Source of the DNA: a virus
IMG/VR virus record: IMGVR_UViG_3300049489_001336
Location: 125,880-189,879 of that record
Reading direction: 5' to 3' (one strand)
Length of the DNA stretch: 64,000 nucleotides
Shown: positions 25,384-36,263 of the stretch, piece after piece
How positions within the stretch are numbered: the stretch's first letter is position 1
Layout: every line of letters starts with the position of its first letter
Program-made: the position numbers and the translations under genes
The notes under the pieces: generated by a model
What the model was told of the DNA's origin: nothing
Seen by the model: the letters and a program-made list of their open reading frames with translations, nothing else
The model's database searches: none

Positions 25384-28300
25384 GAATGCCATCTTTCCAA
25401 GACCAACAGGCAATCCAGCAATTACTGTCTGGGCTGAATACTATGCAAATGCAGGCGGGCTTGATGCCAGGAGGCATCCCTGCTGTTAACCAGACGAATC
25501 AAGTTACGCCCCCGCGAGTTATGACTCCGGGGGAGTTTTCTAATAATCTATTACTCAATCTAAATAGAACGTATTCGCCAGTACCTCTGACGCCGCCTAT
25601 GTTTGGCGGTGTTACTCCCGTTCCGCGCAATGACTTTGCCAATAGCATTTTACCTCCCAACACCATGGGTGGGTGGGGCGCTGCCAGGCAACAAGCTAAC
25701 GCGGGTGCAAACAGCTGGCTCACCAACGCACAAACCGTAGCGGGTTTAACAGGTCGAACAGGCTTTGACGCTGCTGCAGGTTTGGCAGGTCGCGCAGTCG
25801 CTGGCCGCTATTTAGGCGGTATTTTGGGGTCGGCTGCTGGACCTGTAGGTACCGTGGCTGGCGCATTTTTAGGCGATGCGTTGTTAGGCGGAACGGTTGA
25901 GTCAATGATGACGATGCCTTTCCAGCCTTGGATTCAACAAAGACAGCGCGCCTTACAATTACAGAATTCTAGCTTAGGGTTTGTGAATCGCGGCCCTGAC
26001 ATGAGCGCTGCGGGCATGGGTTTAACGCTTAATGCGTCCATGGACTTAGAGCGCCAGCTTGTACGCATGTCGGGTAATACCCAGTTTAAGATGGATACGC
26101 AGAATGCGTTTACCAAACAAGACATGATGAAGTTGACGCATTTAGCGTCACAAACCGGTCTCTTAGATAATGCGCAGTCGGTAGATCAAATTGCCCGGAA
26201 TATGGGCAAAATATCGCGAGCCCTCCACACCTTCATGAAAATCGTGGAAGAGCCCGACGTGCAGCAAGCCATGCAGATGATGGGCAACATGCGTCGTCTG
26301 GGCATGAGCATTCCCGAGACCAACGTGGCAGCGGCCAATGCGCGTGTATTTGCACGTATGGCAGGCACTTCTGTGCAAGGCGTCATGCAAGCCGGCATGC
26401 AGGGTGCAGGGATTTACCAACAATACGGTATGTCTGCCGCAAGCGGCTTAAATGCAGGTATGGCTGCTACAGGCGCTGCAGGTTTACTGGGAACTATTCT
26501 AGACCCCCGCACTTTGAACATGCTGGGTGGGCGCGAAGGAATCGCACAAAATCTCGTGGGAGCGTCTGCGAGAATGACGCAAATTGACGCGATTTTACCT
26601 GCGTTGCTCAAAGCAGGTAAAGACGGTCTTTCTGTGGACCAGAGCGCTTTGCTTGATTTAGCGCGGGGTAAACGAGATATCACAGGGCTCGTCCAAGAGA
26701 GCGCTCGCCGCATGACGGGGTTTGGCCCGAAGGGCTTTGTCAACGAATACTCTACGCGTCAGAGTGAGCTCAAAGACGAATTAATGAATTCGTTTGGCGG
26801 CCAAGGCGCGTTGTTAGCCCCGATGGCTCTTGCGCGCAGCATTATGCAAGAACAAGGCGTTGATTTTAGAGGCGCCTTAAGCCTGATGTATCCTGACGAC
26901 GAAAAAATGCGTCGTACGCTTGAAGTCGCGTATCGCAGCAAAGATTTTTGGTCAGGGTTAAAAGAACAACAACGCCTTGAGCCTTTGCACAGACAGGGAC
27001 AAGTCGCTGAGCGTAGACGCCAAACGGACAGCGCCGCAAGAACTAAAGCATTTCGTAAATTGGGAGTAGGGGCTGCGAATGCTTTGTTAAGCATCACAGG
27101 GGACGAGACGGGCAGGCAAGCCACTGTAGAAGATATTGCTAAAGATTTACGTTACGCTGGAAATAGAGTAGACGCCTTTTTTCAAGAGAATTTTGGAGAA
27201 GACACCGACCTCGAAGAAATACAAGCGGCTACGGGTGGAGGCGCTGTTATACGCACGGTGCGATCGGGTTTACGCTCGGCGGACCAATTGCGGCAGGTAC
27301 GCGAAGCCATCGCTACGCCACAAGGCGCCGAGAGCATGCGTAGACGCGTTAGACGCCTTCAGAAAGAAGTTATCGAACCTGGTATTGCTCAAGAAGAGGC
27401 GGAGGGTAGGCGGCGTGCGCATCGCTTATTTGGAGGGCCCGACGCGTTCATAGGTAACTTGAGTGGCGAATACTTACGCGACACCGTGTTACGCAATGAG
27501 GGCTGGGTTACCCGTGCAAAACACGCATTAGCTATCGGGGGAACACCTTCCGATGAGTACGTAAATGCACGTGCGCGTAATATGATGGATAGCGGTGCGC
27601 TCCTCGAAGACGCACGTGCAACACGTTATGACGTTGCTCGCACACGCCGAGTCGCAGAAGCAACAGGCCTTAAAGGAGATGACTTTAATAAAGCGATGGG
27701 CACTGCGTCTGCTGCTTTCAGTGGTTATACAAAAAGCATCCTTGGCGAGTTCGGAGAACAGTCAGGGAAATTTGATATGGAAGGCGCAAAATACAAAGTA
27801 CGCGAGGCCTTGCTTAAACAAGGGTCGTTGAAGGCGAGTGACGTAGACCGCCTTATGAAAAACCCTGACTTTATGAAGGAAGTCATCGCTACGGGAGAGT
27901 TTACACGTAGTGAAGGGGAACAAAAGATTATTGATAAAGCCATTTCTGCAGGCGCTGAAGTTTCAGGAAATATCGAAGCGCGAACCCGAAAATTATTAGT
28001 AGGCAGCGCCGATGCACACCGTAAGAATGTGTTGAAGTACCTTGGTGTTTACGGGGATAGTGCTTCTACGGATGAAAAGAAGACACTACTCGGTATTTTT
28101 GGCGAGACAGGTAAAAAAGGTGAGATACGCCAAAAGTTACTTGTCGCCAAAGCCCTAGCTGCTCAAGGAAAAAATGAGCAAGCCGATCAACTAATCCAAG
28201 AAGTAAAAAATAGCGGTATTAGTGAAAAAGAACTTGCAGCGGAGATGGACTACGTCGATGGGGCGAAGTCTACCATAGACGACGCCACTATGCGTGACGT

Positions 28301-28874
28301 CGGTAAGAAGTTTTCTGACCACTTCGACGCACGTGAGTTTGTTTTTAAGCGAGCCCGCGAAGAAGCTACAAACGTTAAGACCAAAGAAGTAGGCTCTGCG
28401 TTAGCAGATCGAATCGGAGCCGACGCTTTCGCAAAGTATAATGAAAAAGGTATTGAAGGTCTTAAAGAATTTATCAATGGATCCGGTAAAGACCGTTTAG
28501 GAAAACTCAGTAAAGAAGAGACTGCGCGTATCCTTTCGGGGGATATGTCAGAAACCGAACTAGAGCGAAGCGCTGTTGACAGTCTTAGTTCTAGAGCCGA
28601 CGCGGTGGTTGCAGACGGTCTTACCCAACGAACAGACGCTGCAACCAATGAAGTAACAGATCAATTAATCTCCACTCTCTCCGAAGCCGCCAAACGCGAC
28701 AATGAGCGTATGGAAAAGACTTATGGAGATTTCGATAAGTCCGTGGGTACTTTCGATAAAGCGTCGCATACTTTGTTACAGGCAGCAGAAGTGATGCGGG
28801 ACGGAAAAATAACCGAAGGGTTGAACCGTGCAGCCCGTGAAGCATTTACTTGGGGTAACGAGGAGAACCGATGA
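25380..28874 (+). CDS. tape measure-like protein
   Basis: 1164 aa, Ala/Gly/Met-rich helical, precedes tail/baseplate genes. Confidence 0.7.
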   Translation: MRMPSFQDQQAIQQLLSGLNTMQMQAGLMPGGIPAVNQTNQVTPPRVMTPGEFSNNLLLNLNRTYSPVPLTPPMFGGVTPVPRNDFANSILPPNTMGGWGAARQQANAGANSWLTNAQTVAGLTGRTGFDAAAGLAGRAVAGRYLGGILGSAAGPVGTVAGAFLGDALLGGTVESMMTMPFQPWIQQRQRALQLQNSSLGFVNRGPDMSAAGMGLTLNASMDLERQLVRMSGNTQFKMDTQNAFTKQDMMKLTHLASQTGLLDNAQSVDQIARNMGKISRALHTFMKIVEEPDVQQAMQMMGNMRRLGMSIPETNVAAANARVFARMAGTSVQGVMQAGMQGAGIYQQYGMSAASGLNAGMAATGAAGLLGTILDPRTLNMLGGREGIAQNLVGASARMTQIDAILPALLKAGKDGLSVDQSALLDLARGKRDITGLVQESARRMTGFGPKGFVNEYSTRQSELKDELMNSFGGQGALLAPMALARSIMQEQGVDFRGALSLMYPDDEKMRRTLEVAYRSKDFWSGLKEQQRLEPLHRQGQVAERRRQTDSAARTKAFRKLGVGAANALLSITGDETGRQATVEDIAKDLRYAGNRVDAFFQENFGEDTDLEEIQAATGGGAVIRTVRSGLRSADQLRQVREAIATPQGAESMRRRVRRLQKEVIEPGIAQEEAEGRRRAHRLFGGPDAFIGNLSGEYLRDTVLRNEGWVTRAKHALAIGGTPSDEYVNARARNMMDSGALLEDARATRYDVARTRRVAEATGLKGDDFNKAMGTASAAFSGYTKSILGEFGEQSGKFDMEGAKYKVREALLKQGSLKASDVDRLMKNPDFMKEVIATGEFTRSEGEQKIIDKAISAGAEVSGNIEARTRKLLVGSADAHRKNVLKYLGVYGDSASTDEKKTLLGIFGETGKKGEIRQKLLVAKALAAQGKNEQADQLIQEVKNSGISEKELAAEMDYVDGAKSTIDDATMRDVGKKFSDHFDAREFVFKRAREEATNVKTKEVGSALADRIGADAFAKYNEKGIEGLKEFINGSGKDRLGKLSKEETARILSGDMSETELERSAVDSLSSRADAVVADGLTQRTDAATNEVTDQLISTLSEAAKRDNERMEKTYGDFDKSVGTFDKASHTLLQAAEVMRDGKITEGLNRAAREAFTWGNEENR

Positions 28875-29110
28875 AAACACAAATCCTATATCCCAATGCC
28901 ATCGACTACATCCGGCTCATTAACAAAAACGCAGTAGATAATGCGCTAGGTGGACGTAGCGCGTTTGTGTTGTTGCCTTCTTTGTATCAGCGTGCATTTA
29001 TTTTGACGCACGAAACAGGCGAATTGCCTCTTACGTCAGACTTTGTTGCACCGGATGAGACGACAACGACCGAGCGCAAAAACCAAGTCAACATTATCAC
29101 AACAGCGTGA
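28871..29110 (+). CDS. hypothetical protein
   Basis: 79 aa, ATGA overlap with upstream gene. Confidence 0.55.
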   Translation: MKTQILYPNAIDYIRLINKNAVDNALGGRSAFVLLPSLYQRAFILTHETGELPLTSDFVAPDETTTTERKNQVNIITTA

Positions 29111-29116
29111 CCTGAC

Positions 29117-30274
29117 ATGGCGATACCCGGCATTATTACAGGGAATCCAGGACCGATATTTACGTCACGCATGGATGCTTTCGTCCCTGTGAATGACAGA
29201 CGCGGTGTTTTTGCGGGGCACCCCGGAGCTACGCCTAAGACTGCTATCAATCGCGGTCCTCGCGACGCAGAGCACAAAGAGTCTATGGCGCGTATTTTTA
29301 TTGACGTACCTGAGGCGCGTCGGAATGAAATACTGCGTACTGTCTCAAAAGAGGCAGAGCCTCTAGCCAAAGTTCTTCTTACAGGAACGGGTACAGGCGG
29401 AGCGCTTGGTACCGGTTTCATAGACTTCTTACTTACAAACGTTCAAGAGAATTTCACCGAGAAATTCCAAATCACAGACACGCTTACGGATAACTACGTA
29501 GTGTATTTCTCGGGGCGAGAGCCCACGATGTGCAGTTATTCTGGTGTATTGCTTAATACGTACCAGGATGATCAACGTGTTTGGATGTTGCGGCTTTACA
29601 GTGAGCTGCTTCGAGGTACACGCCTTGCGACACGCAATATAATTGCGCGTATTCGCTATGACAGCTTGATTGTGTCGGGCTATTTAACTGATTTACGCTT
29701 AGGTCTTGAAGGCGCGACAGATCACAACGCGTCACAGTTTAGTTTTAACTTAATTGCAAAACGTATCCAGATAGTCACGCCAACGGTATCGCAACCAACG
29801 ATCTTAGCCACAGCGGTAACAACTGACGGCGCGCTTGATAGCTCTGAAAACTTAGCGAGAACGCAGACGAGAGCGGGGGACGTGACTGCAGAAACGCCGC
29901 CCACTGCCAGAACAGCCCCCGCTGCTGAAGTCGTTGCGGCTACGAATGCAGCTACACGCGCGGCCCTACGCGCCAAAGGACTAAGTGATTCTCAAATTGT
30001 AGCAGTCATGGCGCGTTCTATGGAGATTAGCGTCAGGCCTGAGGTAGACCCGCGAGAGCAACAAAACACACAAGCACAACAAGGGGCACAGCGGGTTTAC
30101 GACCTCGTAAAGGGCACAGACCCCTCAAAAACAAATCCTGATAATATTTCAAATGACGCTGCAGGTGGACGCACTAACATTCTGGGTTCTACAAATCCAG
30201 AGGCGCAACCCCTCGTAGCGCGCAACGCCAATCGTACCCGAGGGTCAAGGGCTTTTCACACTGCCACACTATAA
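29117..30274 (+). CDS. putative tail/baseplate structural protein
   Basis: 385 aa beta-rich N-terminal half; position after tape measure. Confidence 0.5.
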   Translation: MAIPGIITGNPGPIFTSRMDAFVPVNDRRGVFAGHPGATPKTAINRGPRDAEHKESMARIFIDVPEARRNEILRTVSKEAEPLAKVLLTGTGTGGALGTGFIDFLLTNVQENFTEKFQITDTLTDNYVVYFSGREPTMCSYSGVLLNTYQDDQRVWMLRLYSELLRGTRLATRNIIARIRYDSLIVSGYLTDLRLGLEGATDHNASQFSFNLIAKRIQIVTPTVSQPTILATAVTTDGALDSSENLARTQTRAGDVTAETPPTARTAPAAEVVAATNAATRAALRAKGLSDSQIVAVMARSMEISVRPEVDPREQQNTQAQQGAQRVYDLVKGTDPSKTNPDNISNDAAGGRTNILGSTNPEAQPLVARNANRTRGSRAFHTATL

Positions 30275-30308
30275 TTAGGCGTTCGCAGAACGAAAGGTAC
30301 CTAGCTAC

Positions 30309-31730
30309 ATGCCCGCCAGCATTGTTATTAACCAAACAGGCCAGCCGGCAGGAGTCGCAGGTACCGCACGCGATGACGGTGTAACAGGCCAGTTGGTGAC
30401 ATGTAGCAACGCTACGGTCGCTGCTACGTATTTGTGGACCCTTGTTGACGTGCCTATCCGTTCTGCGCTTTTGCGTGGCACCACAGGTACGAGCGCTACT
30501 TTTACGTTTACGCCCGACGTAAAAGGCACATATCTTGTGAGTCTGCGGGTGAATAACTCGCCCATTACGGCAGATAATGCGCAAAGTTTTATCGCTATTT
30601 TAAGCAGCGGAACTGACACCCGTGGCTGGCGATACCTAGCAGCGGGTGAGACCAAAGCAGATACCTTAGAATACCCTGGTCTTGGGTTTACTTCTAATGT
30701 GAATACTCGTGGCTGGGCAACCAATGATGATTTGCAGCGAGAAGAAATAGAAGTAGCAGTTTCTCGGGTATACGGTGCGGTTAGCGTTTCCCCAGGAGCC
30801 GGGTCTTCTCCTTTAGTAAAACTTAATTCACTAACAGGTCAACTAGACGCTACTTTAGTCGCAGCAGTAACAGCCATTTCTATTGCGTCGGCAAACGGTT
30901 TTGCGGGCTCCGTAAGTAACCCGACGACAACACCAGAGTTGACCCTTAGCACATCCATAACCGGTTTATTAAAAGGAAACGGCACGGCCATTAGCGCTGC
31001 TGTTTCCGGAACGGACTACCAAGCTGCCGGTAATTACATCACAGCATTGTCAGGAGACGCTACAGCGACAGGCCCTGGCAGTGCTGCAGTGAGTGCAGTC
31101 AAAGCCTCTGTCCTAAAGTCGGCAACCACAGAAATAGATATAGTATCAGCAACAGCCCCTGTAAATGGGCAGGTGCTTACTGCTACCAGTGGCACTGCCG
31201 CAACGTGGCAAACGCTTAACGCGATTACCGCTTTAACAGGAGATGTAACCGCTACAGGTCCTGGTAGCGCTGCAGCCAGTGCGGTCAAAGCGTCCGTACT
31301 TAAGTCTGCTACGACAGACGTTAACGTAAGCGCTGCTACTGCCCCTGTAAGCGGGCAAATTCTGACGGCCACAAGCAGCACGACTGCAACATGGCAAACG
31401 TCTATTTACGCAACTAAGTTTACTGCGGGGACTGCGATAAGCAGCACCCCCACGACACTAGCCGCGTCTGATGCGTATAAATATCGAGAAGTAACAACGG
31501 TAGGCGCGCAGCTAATAAACATATCAGGCACCGCAGGTCACGCAGCAGGGGACCGCATTCAGATTTACCACAACGGCACAAGTACCCTTACTTTTGCGGG
31601 TACCAACGGCATGACCGTCGAGAAACCTGCAGGCGCGGCATTAACTGCGTTTGATAGGTACTCGTGGATTGAGATTGTATTTTTATCCGCGACGCGTTGT
31701 TCGCTCGTAGGAAGGTTGACACCGGCATGA
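30309..31730 (+). CDS. tail fibre-like protein with internal duplication
   Basis: Thr/Ala/Ser-rich; Ig/PKD-like N-terminus; two 59-aa repeats. Confidence 0.65.
   Translation: MPASIVINQTGQPAGVAGTARDDGVTGQLVTCSNATVAATYLWTLVDVPIRSALLRGTTGTSATFTFTPDVKGTYLVSLRVNNSPITADNAQSFIAILSSGTDTRGWRYLAAGETKADTLEYPGLGFTSNVNTRGWATNDDLQREEIEVAVSRVYGAVSVSPGAGSSPLVKLNSLTGQLDATLVAAVTAISIASANGFAGSVSNPTTTPELTLSTSITGLLKGNGTAISAAVSGTDYQAAGNYITALSGDATATGPGSAAVSAVKASVLKSATTEIDIVSATAPVNGQVLTATSGTAATWQTLNAITALTGDVTATGPGSAAASAVKASVLKSATTDVNVSAATAPVSGQILTATSSTTATWQTSIYATKFTAGTAISSTPTTLAASDAYKYREVTTVGAQLINISGTAGHAAGDRIQIYHNGTSTLTFAGTNGMTVEKPAGAALTAFDRYSWIEIVFLSATRCSLVGRLTPA
31038..31400 (+). repeat. two 177-nt coding repeats (31038-31214, 31224-31400)
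   Basis: ITALxGDxTATGPGSAAxSAVKASVLKSATT...TAATWQT twice; differences mostly synonymous. Confidence 0.85.
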
Positions 31731-32398
31731 GCAGTACAGGAGCCATTGCGTCTAGTCACCCTCTTTACACTGTCGCCAACGCGTACTGGCACGGCAGTGA
31801 TATTATCGATAACGGCGCAATACCTCCCAGGCTATCAAGCTGGACAGACCGGCTAGGAGGTTACGTAATTAACGCGGATGGCGGCACTGCCGCAGGGGTA
31901 GCCACATCGCCTTGGCGTTCCTTAGGCGGGGGATCTGGGTTAAATGAGGCGTTTGCGCGGTCCTCCGCGCTTGTTGACGGCTGCAAGAATCGCGGTGTGT
32001 TCTCGTTTGTGATGCGTACATACCCAACAACCACCAGTAACTGGTGGGGTATTTACCCCGACACGACAACTTCTCGGTTTTTGACGGCGCTCGATGCTAC
32101 GAACAATCGGATTAACATACAACGCGACACGACTACACTGCAATTCAGTACGACGATTGACGCTGCGGTGAAATATACGGTTGGTTACGTTTACGACGGC
32201 ACTAATTCTATTGTGTATAAGAACGGGGCGCTAGTTGGTAGTCAGGCTGCTACCCAAAACATTAACACAGATGCAACACGCTGGGGGCGTCGTACGAGTA
32301 GCCCTTTAGATGGAGCCGTAAAACTGTGGATAGGTGTTGCGTTGACCGCCGCACAAATGGCGTACGAGCATACGCAATTAACCGCTGAATTCCCTTGA
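31727..32398 (+). CDS. LamG/concanavalin-like domain protein
   Basis: ATGA overlap; VGYVYDGTNSIVYKNG motif typical of LamG folds. Confidence 0.6.
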   Translation: MSSTGAIASSHPLYTVANAYWHGSDIIDNGAIPPRLSSWTDRLGGYVINADGGTAAGVATSPWRSLGGGSGLNEAFARSSALVDGCKNRGVFSFVMRTYPTTTSNWWGIYPDTTTSRFLTALDATNNRINIQRDTTTLQFSTTIDAAVKYTVGYVYDGTNSIVYKNGALVGSQAATQNINTDATRWGRRTSSPLDGAVKLWIGVALTAAQMAYEHTQLTAEFP

Positions 32399-32425
32399 AA
32401 TAAAATAACGAATGCAGAGACCGCA

Positions 32426-32617
32426 ATGAATAAGTTAGAACAAACAGAGCTAACCATCCCCGCAGCATGGGCCAATATTGTTAGAGTCGTGCGTGCTTTC
32501 ACAGCAGATGCACAGACGCATGAGATTCTCCGTGACTCTCTCGCAGTAATCAAACAACGTGTCGAGCGTTGTAATGAACTTGAAAAAGCCGTCGAAAAGA
32601 CGGAAGTGCAGGAATAA
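32426..32617 (+). CDS. small coiled-coil hypothetical protein
   Basis: 63 aa; next gene starts directly after its stop. Confidence 0.5.
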   Translation: MNKLEQTELTIPAAWANIVRVVRAFTADAQTHEILRDSLAVIKQRVERCNELEKAVEKTEVQE

Positions 32618-33502
32618 ATGTCAACTTGGGGTCGAGGTTCTTGGGGTGTAGCGCAGTGGGGCGACCTTACGGGGATCTCGGCCTTAATGGTTGCGAGTAC
32701 GTCCCCTCAGATTATTGAACGTTACCCGGTAGCTAACGAAACGGCAGTCGTTGAAAACCCTGTAATCACTTTAAAGTTTTTCTCTAAGTACGACATATTA
32801 GATCCTACCAAGACAATTGTGTGGATCAATAACGAGATTGTGTACGACGGGTCTGTAGGGTTTACCGCGGGCTATGCCGGCAGTACGCAAGACTTGTCTA
32901 CCGTCTTTGTTTTACAGTTTACCAAAATCAACGGTTTTTCTTTTGGTGAAAAAGTAACTGTACGGGCTTACATAGAAGACACAAATACTATTTCAGTTGA
33001 TCAAACGTGGTCTTGGCAAATACGTAAAGACACATCGGTCTATGACGGTATTCGGCCTTTGGCAATTGAGACCGCAATACAGCAGCCACTGACTACTGCC
33101 TTAGAGCTCGAATTGTTCAGACAGATTTTCCTGAACAACGCACTCCGCGTACAAACGCGCTCTACAGACGCTGCAGGCAATAAGGCAGCGCGGGTACTGT
33201 ACCAGACAGCGTTTGCTACAGAGCTTTCGACGCTCCAAAATGCGTTTGCTTTGCGCGATGAAAACGCATTGGCGGTCACGGTCGCCGAACGGCAAAGCAC
33301 ACGTGTTTTAGACAACGTGTTGAGCAAATACAGAGACCGGATTCCTACCGCCATCTCGTCTATGCAGACGCTAGGAATCCTTCCTGAAGCCTACACTTCC
33401 GGCTTCCGGGATTATCTTGATTCTGCGCTGTACGTCTACCGTGTAAGTTTAGTCGCAAATATGTTACTATACGCCAAAGCATACGAATTACAGCGGGTAT
33501 GA
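32618..33502 (+). CDS. putative structural protein with Ig-like domain
   Basis: WG-repeat start; PQIIERYP..N..V Big_5-like segment; AGGA SD. Confidence 0.55.
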   Translation: MSTWGRGSWGVAQWGDLTGISALMVASTSPQIIERYPVANETAVVENPVITLKFFSKYDILDPTKTIVWINNEIVYDGSVGFTAGYAGSTQDLSTVFVLQFTKINGFSFGEKVTVRAYIEDTNTISVDQTWSWQIRKDTSVYDGIRPLAIETAIQQPLTTALELELFRQIFLNNALRVQTRSTDAAGNKAARVLYQTAFATELSTLQNAFALRDENALAVTVAERQSTRVLDNVLSKYRDRIPTAISSMQTLGILPEAYTSGFRDYLDSALYVYRVSLVANMLLYAKAYELQRV

Positions 33503-33503
33503 C

Positions 33504-36260
33504 ATGGCGAATGAGACGCGAGATCCTGATACAATCAACGTAAATCGCGCGTTTCAAACAGCGTGGATTGTTTACATCAACGGGCTCGAAGTCCCCGTGT
33601 CGTCGGTGTCCATCACAAGCGGTGTTTGGGAAATTCCCCAAGCAGAGATTGTAATGGTGCCTGACCCCACGATTTTACGCTTTGGCGCAGAAGATCGCGT
33701 CACCGTACAAGTTTTTTATTGTGATCAATGGATAAACCCGGCAAAGCCAGAGTTTAGGCTTTGTTTTGACGGCGAAATTGTGGCGTGGAATTACGTCAAC
33801 GTAAATAAGAATCGTACGATTTCTTTTACGGCTATTGATTATATTCAGATATTTACGCAGATATTCTTTTTCTTCATGTCGAGTATTGATGACATGGCGG
33901 TTGGTGCAACAGGAGCTTTATTAGGCGTAGACGCTAGCGGCGTAAAGCTCGCGGGCCTTGGTGCTTTGTTTCCTTACTCTCTATTTGCACAAGGACTCAC
34001 ACAACAAACACCAACGGCTGAAGACGGTAGCATCGCACTCATTAAGCGTCCCATTGAGTATGTCTACAACTTGGTAGACGGGATGACTTTGGCGAATATA
34101 CCTAACCGCAGTCTTCCTGTAGCGAACTTTTTTGCACCTTGGGCACAGCGTACAAATTTCAATAAGCGTTTTTTGGCGTTACCTAAGCTAGAAGACAGTG
34201 ATAAGCCGGGAATTTTCCCTATCTTACGCGCTGTACAAGCCGACTTTGCAGTTTCTGCAGTCGCGCAACTTACGTCAAACATCGGTACCGCGGGTGCTGT
34301 GTATGACGTATTCAAAGAAGTATTATCAACGCTGATGATGGAAATCGCGATGATTCCAACACCAGCAGCGGTGCAGAGCGATTACAAAACATTGGACATT
34401 ATGGGACCGCCTCAGGCGGATAGTCCTACTTTTCTAGGAAATTACTTTGTAAAGCCTCAATTTTTGTTTGGATTACCCCCCTCATGTAACGTGTTTTTTC
34501 CTTCGCAGATTAGCTATTTTGGATATCAAGAAAATTACGCGACGCAGCCGACAAGGCTTTACTTCAATGCTGAGAGTTGGCTTTCGTACTTGAATGTAAA
34601 AAACGCCAGTCCAGGGTTACAACAAACGGTACGGGCTGCTCTTACCGTAGCGCACCCTGAAGAAGTACACCAAGCCCTTGTCGCGGCACTGGCAGATAAA
34701 AAGACGACACAAAATGGCAAGAACGTCTTAGCGTACCCTGACGAGTTCTTTAGAGGACCTGTCGTTGATAAAAGGTCCATGCCGCGTTGGTTTATGTTTC
34801 TAAGCAAAGCACAAGGCGGCTACGATGCGGCGAATCTTAATGACGTACAGGAAGAACAATTAGCACGAGAAATCCTTCCGGGAGACTCCGAGCGTAATAT
34901 TTATCGTAAGTACGCTGCTTATGAATTTACCAAAGAAAAATATTCACGGCGTAACGGTGCCATCATGATGGCGTTCAACCCGTACCCTGTGCCTGGTTTT
35001 CCCTGTGCCGCATTCGACCGACGTTCTTCTCAAGTAGACATTTTTGGGTACATTATGAATGTACGCCAGACCCTTTCTACGCGAGAAATGTCGACTACTG
35101 TTAGCTATTCTTATGGACGCACTTTTCAAGAAGCTTTTGCGCTTCTTAGACGCCAGATTGATCTTGAGAATGCTGTTATCGAAAACAATAAGAGTACGGC
35201 GTCACAAGTAGACGACTCCCCTGCTGATTTATTAAATATGGAACGCATCGGAGCTATAGCAATTGCTCCTGCGGAACCCCTTGTTGAAGTCCGTGATGAA
35301 ATACAGAACTTTGTACGTGCTGAGAACTTTTATAAGTCTCTTTTTTATCGTGTAAAAGCTCCCTCTGCAGACACCGTAACACAAAACCAATTACAAACAG
35401 AGTTAACACGCACACCCGATGCGGGTGTTGCGAATATAAGTGCGACGCCTATCAAGGCATACGCCTCTGACAGCTCTCAAGTAGCTAAAGATGTAGGTCA
35501 AAAAGACGCGTCTTTTCAGTATTATAAAATCATAGATTTCGTCACGGACGAAGGTAAGAAAGAGGGCATCCAATTATCAGGGATTGACGCTACTACCCGT
35601 ATACGTATTGTAAACATTTTAGATAAAATGCGAACAAAGTCTGCGTCTGAAGAAGAAGTAGACCTTGTCCGTAGAAGCCTAAATCGTCCTGAACTCGAAC
35701 AACCTGTAGAAGTCACTTTTGATTTGTCTGGGTCTACGGATACTTATTCAACGCGCATTGCTCAGATTAATCAAGCAGAAGAGTTTGTCCAAAATTTACA
35801 GACCACTACAAACCTTAGTGGAGATCGCCAAGTGGCGCCCACTACGGCAGCTCAAGGTTATTTCGAAAGCTATGAGGCTGCGATGCTTTACAACGCGCGG
35901 CCTATTTGTACCTTAGACGAGTATATTAAGTTTTTGGGTACGCATGCAGTCGTAGAAGGCAAAGTGGTTCCTGGAAGGGCTCTTACGACAGAAGACCCGC
36001 GAACCTTCCCCGCCGTTTACTACAAGCGCATTCGCAAGTACCGTCCAGGCCCTCCTGCGGTTCTGCCAGAAGGCTTATCGCAGCTGACCAATGCAGGCGT
36101 CATTTCTTCACCTAATGGTGCAACAGCAACGTTAAGCGAAGCCCCTACGGCTACACTACAAGCATTACCTGCGGACTTCCCGCAAACGAGTCAAGACTGG
36201 GACAAGGTTTTGTTTGCTTACCGCAGTAACGTTTTAGCAAAGCTTGCCCCTGGACGGTAA
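33504..36260 (+). CDS. putative baseplate hub-like protein
   Basis: 918 aa; VYINGLEVPV N-terminus; position in baseplate module. Confidence 0.5.
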   Translation: MANETRDPDTINVNRAFQTAWIVYINGLEVPVSSVSITSGVWEIPQAEIVMVPDPTILRFGAEDRVTVQVFYCDQWINPAKPEFRLCFDGEIVAWNYVNVNKNRTISFTAIDYIQIFTQIFFFFMSSIDDMAVGATGALLGVDASGVKLAGLGALFPYSLFAQGLTQQTPTAEDGSIALIKRPIEYVYNLVDGMTLANIPNRSLPVANFFAPWAQRTNFNKRFLALPKLEDSDKPGIFPILRAVQADFAVSAVAQLTSNIGTAGAVYDVFKEVLSTLMMEIAMIPTPAAVQSDYKTLDIMGPPQADSPTFLGNYFVKPQFLFGLPPSCNVFFPSQISYFGYQENYATQPTRLYFNAESWLSYLNVKNASPGLQQTVRAALTVAHPEEVHQALVAALADKKTTQNGKNVLAYPDEFFRGPVVDKRSMPRWFMFLSKAQGGYDAANLNDVQEEQLAREILPGDSERNIYRKYAAYEFTKEKYSRRNGAIMMAFNPYPVPGFPCAAFDRRSSQVDIFGYIMNVRQTLSTREMSTTVSYSYGRTFQEAFALLRRQIDLENAVIENNKSTASQVDDSPADLLNMERIGAIAIAPAEPLVEVRDEIQNFVRAENFYKSLFYRVKAPSADTVTQNQLQTELTRTPDAGVANISATPIKAYASDSSQVAKDVGQKDASFQYYKIIDFVTDEGKKEGIQLSGIDATTRIRIVNILDKMRTKSASEEEVDLVRRSLNRPELEQPVEVTFDLSGSTDTYSTRIAQINQAEEFVQNLQTTTNLSGDRQVAPTTAAQGYFESYEAAMLYNARPICTLDEYIKFLGTHAVVEGKVVPGRALTTEDPRTFPAVYYKRIRKYRPGPPAVLPEGLSQLTNAGVISSPNGATATLSEAPTATLQALPADFPQTSQDWDKVLFAYRSNVLAKLAPGR

Positions 36261-36263
36261 TTT

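Noticed and set aside
31038-31400. Tail-fibre duplication as a DGR template/variable repeat pair
   Set aside because: Differences are mostly synonymous third positions rather than adenine-specific, both copies are in frame, and the RT is retron-like.
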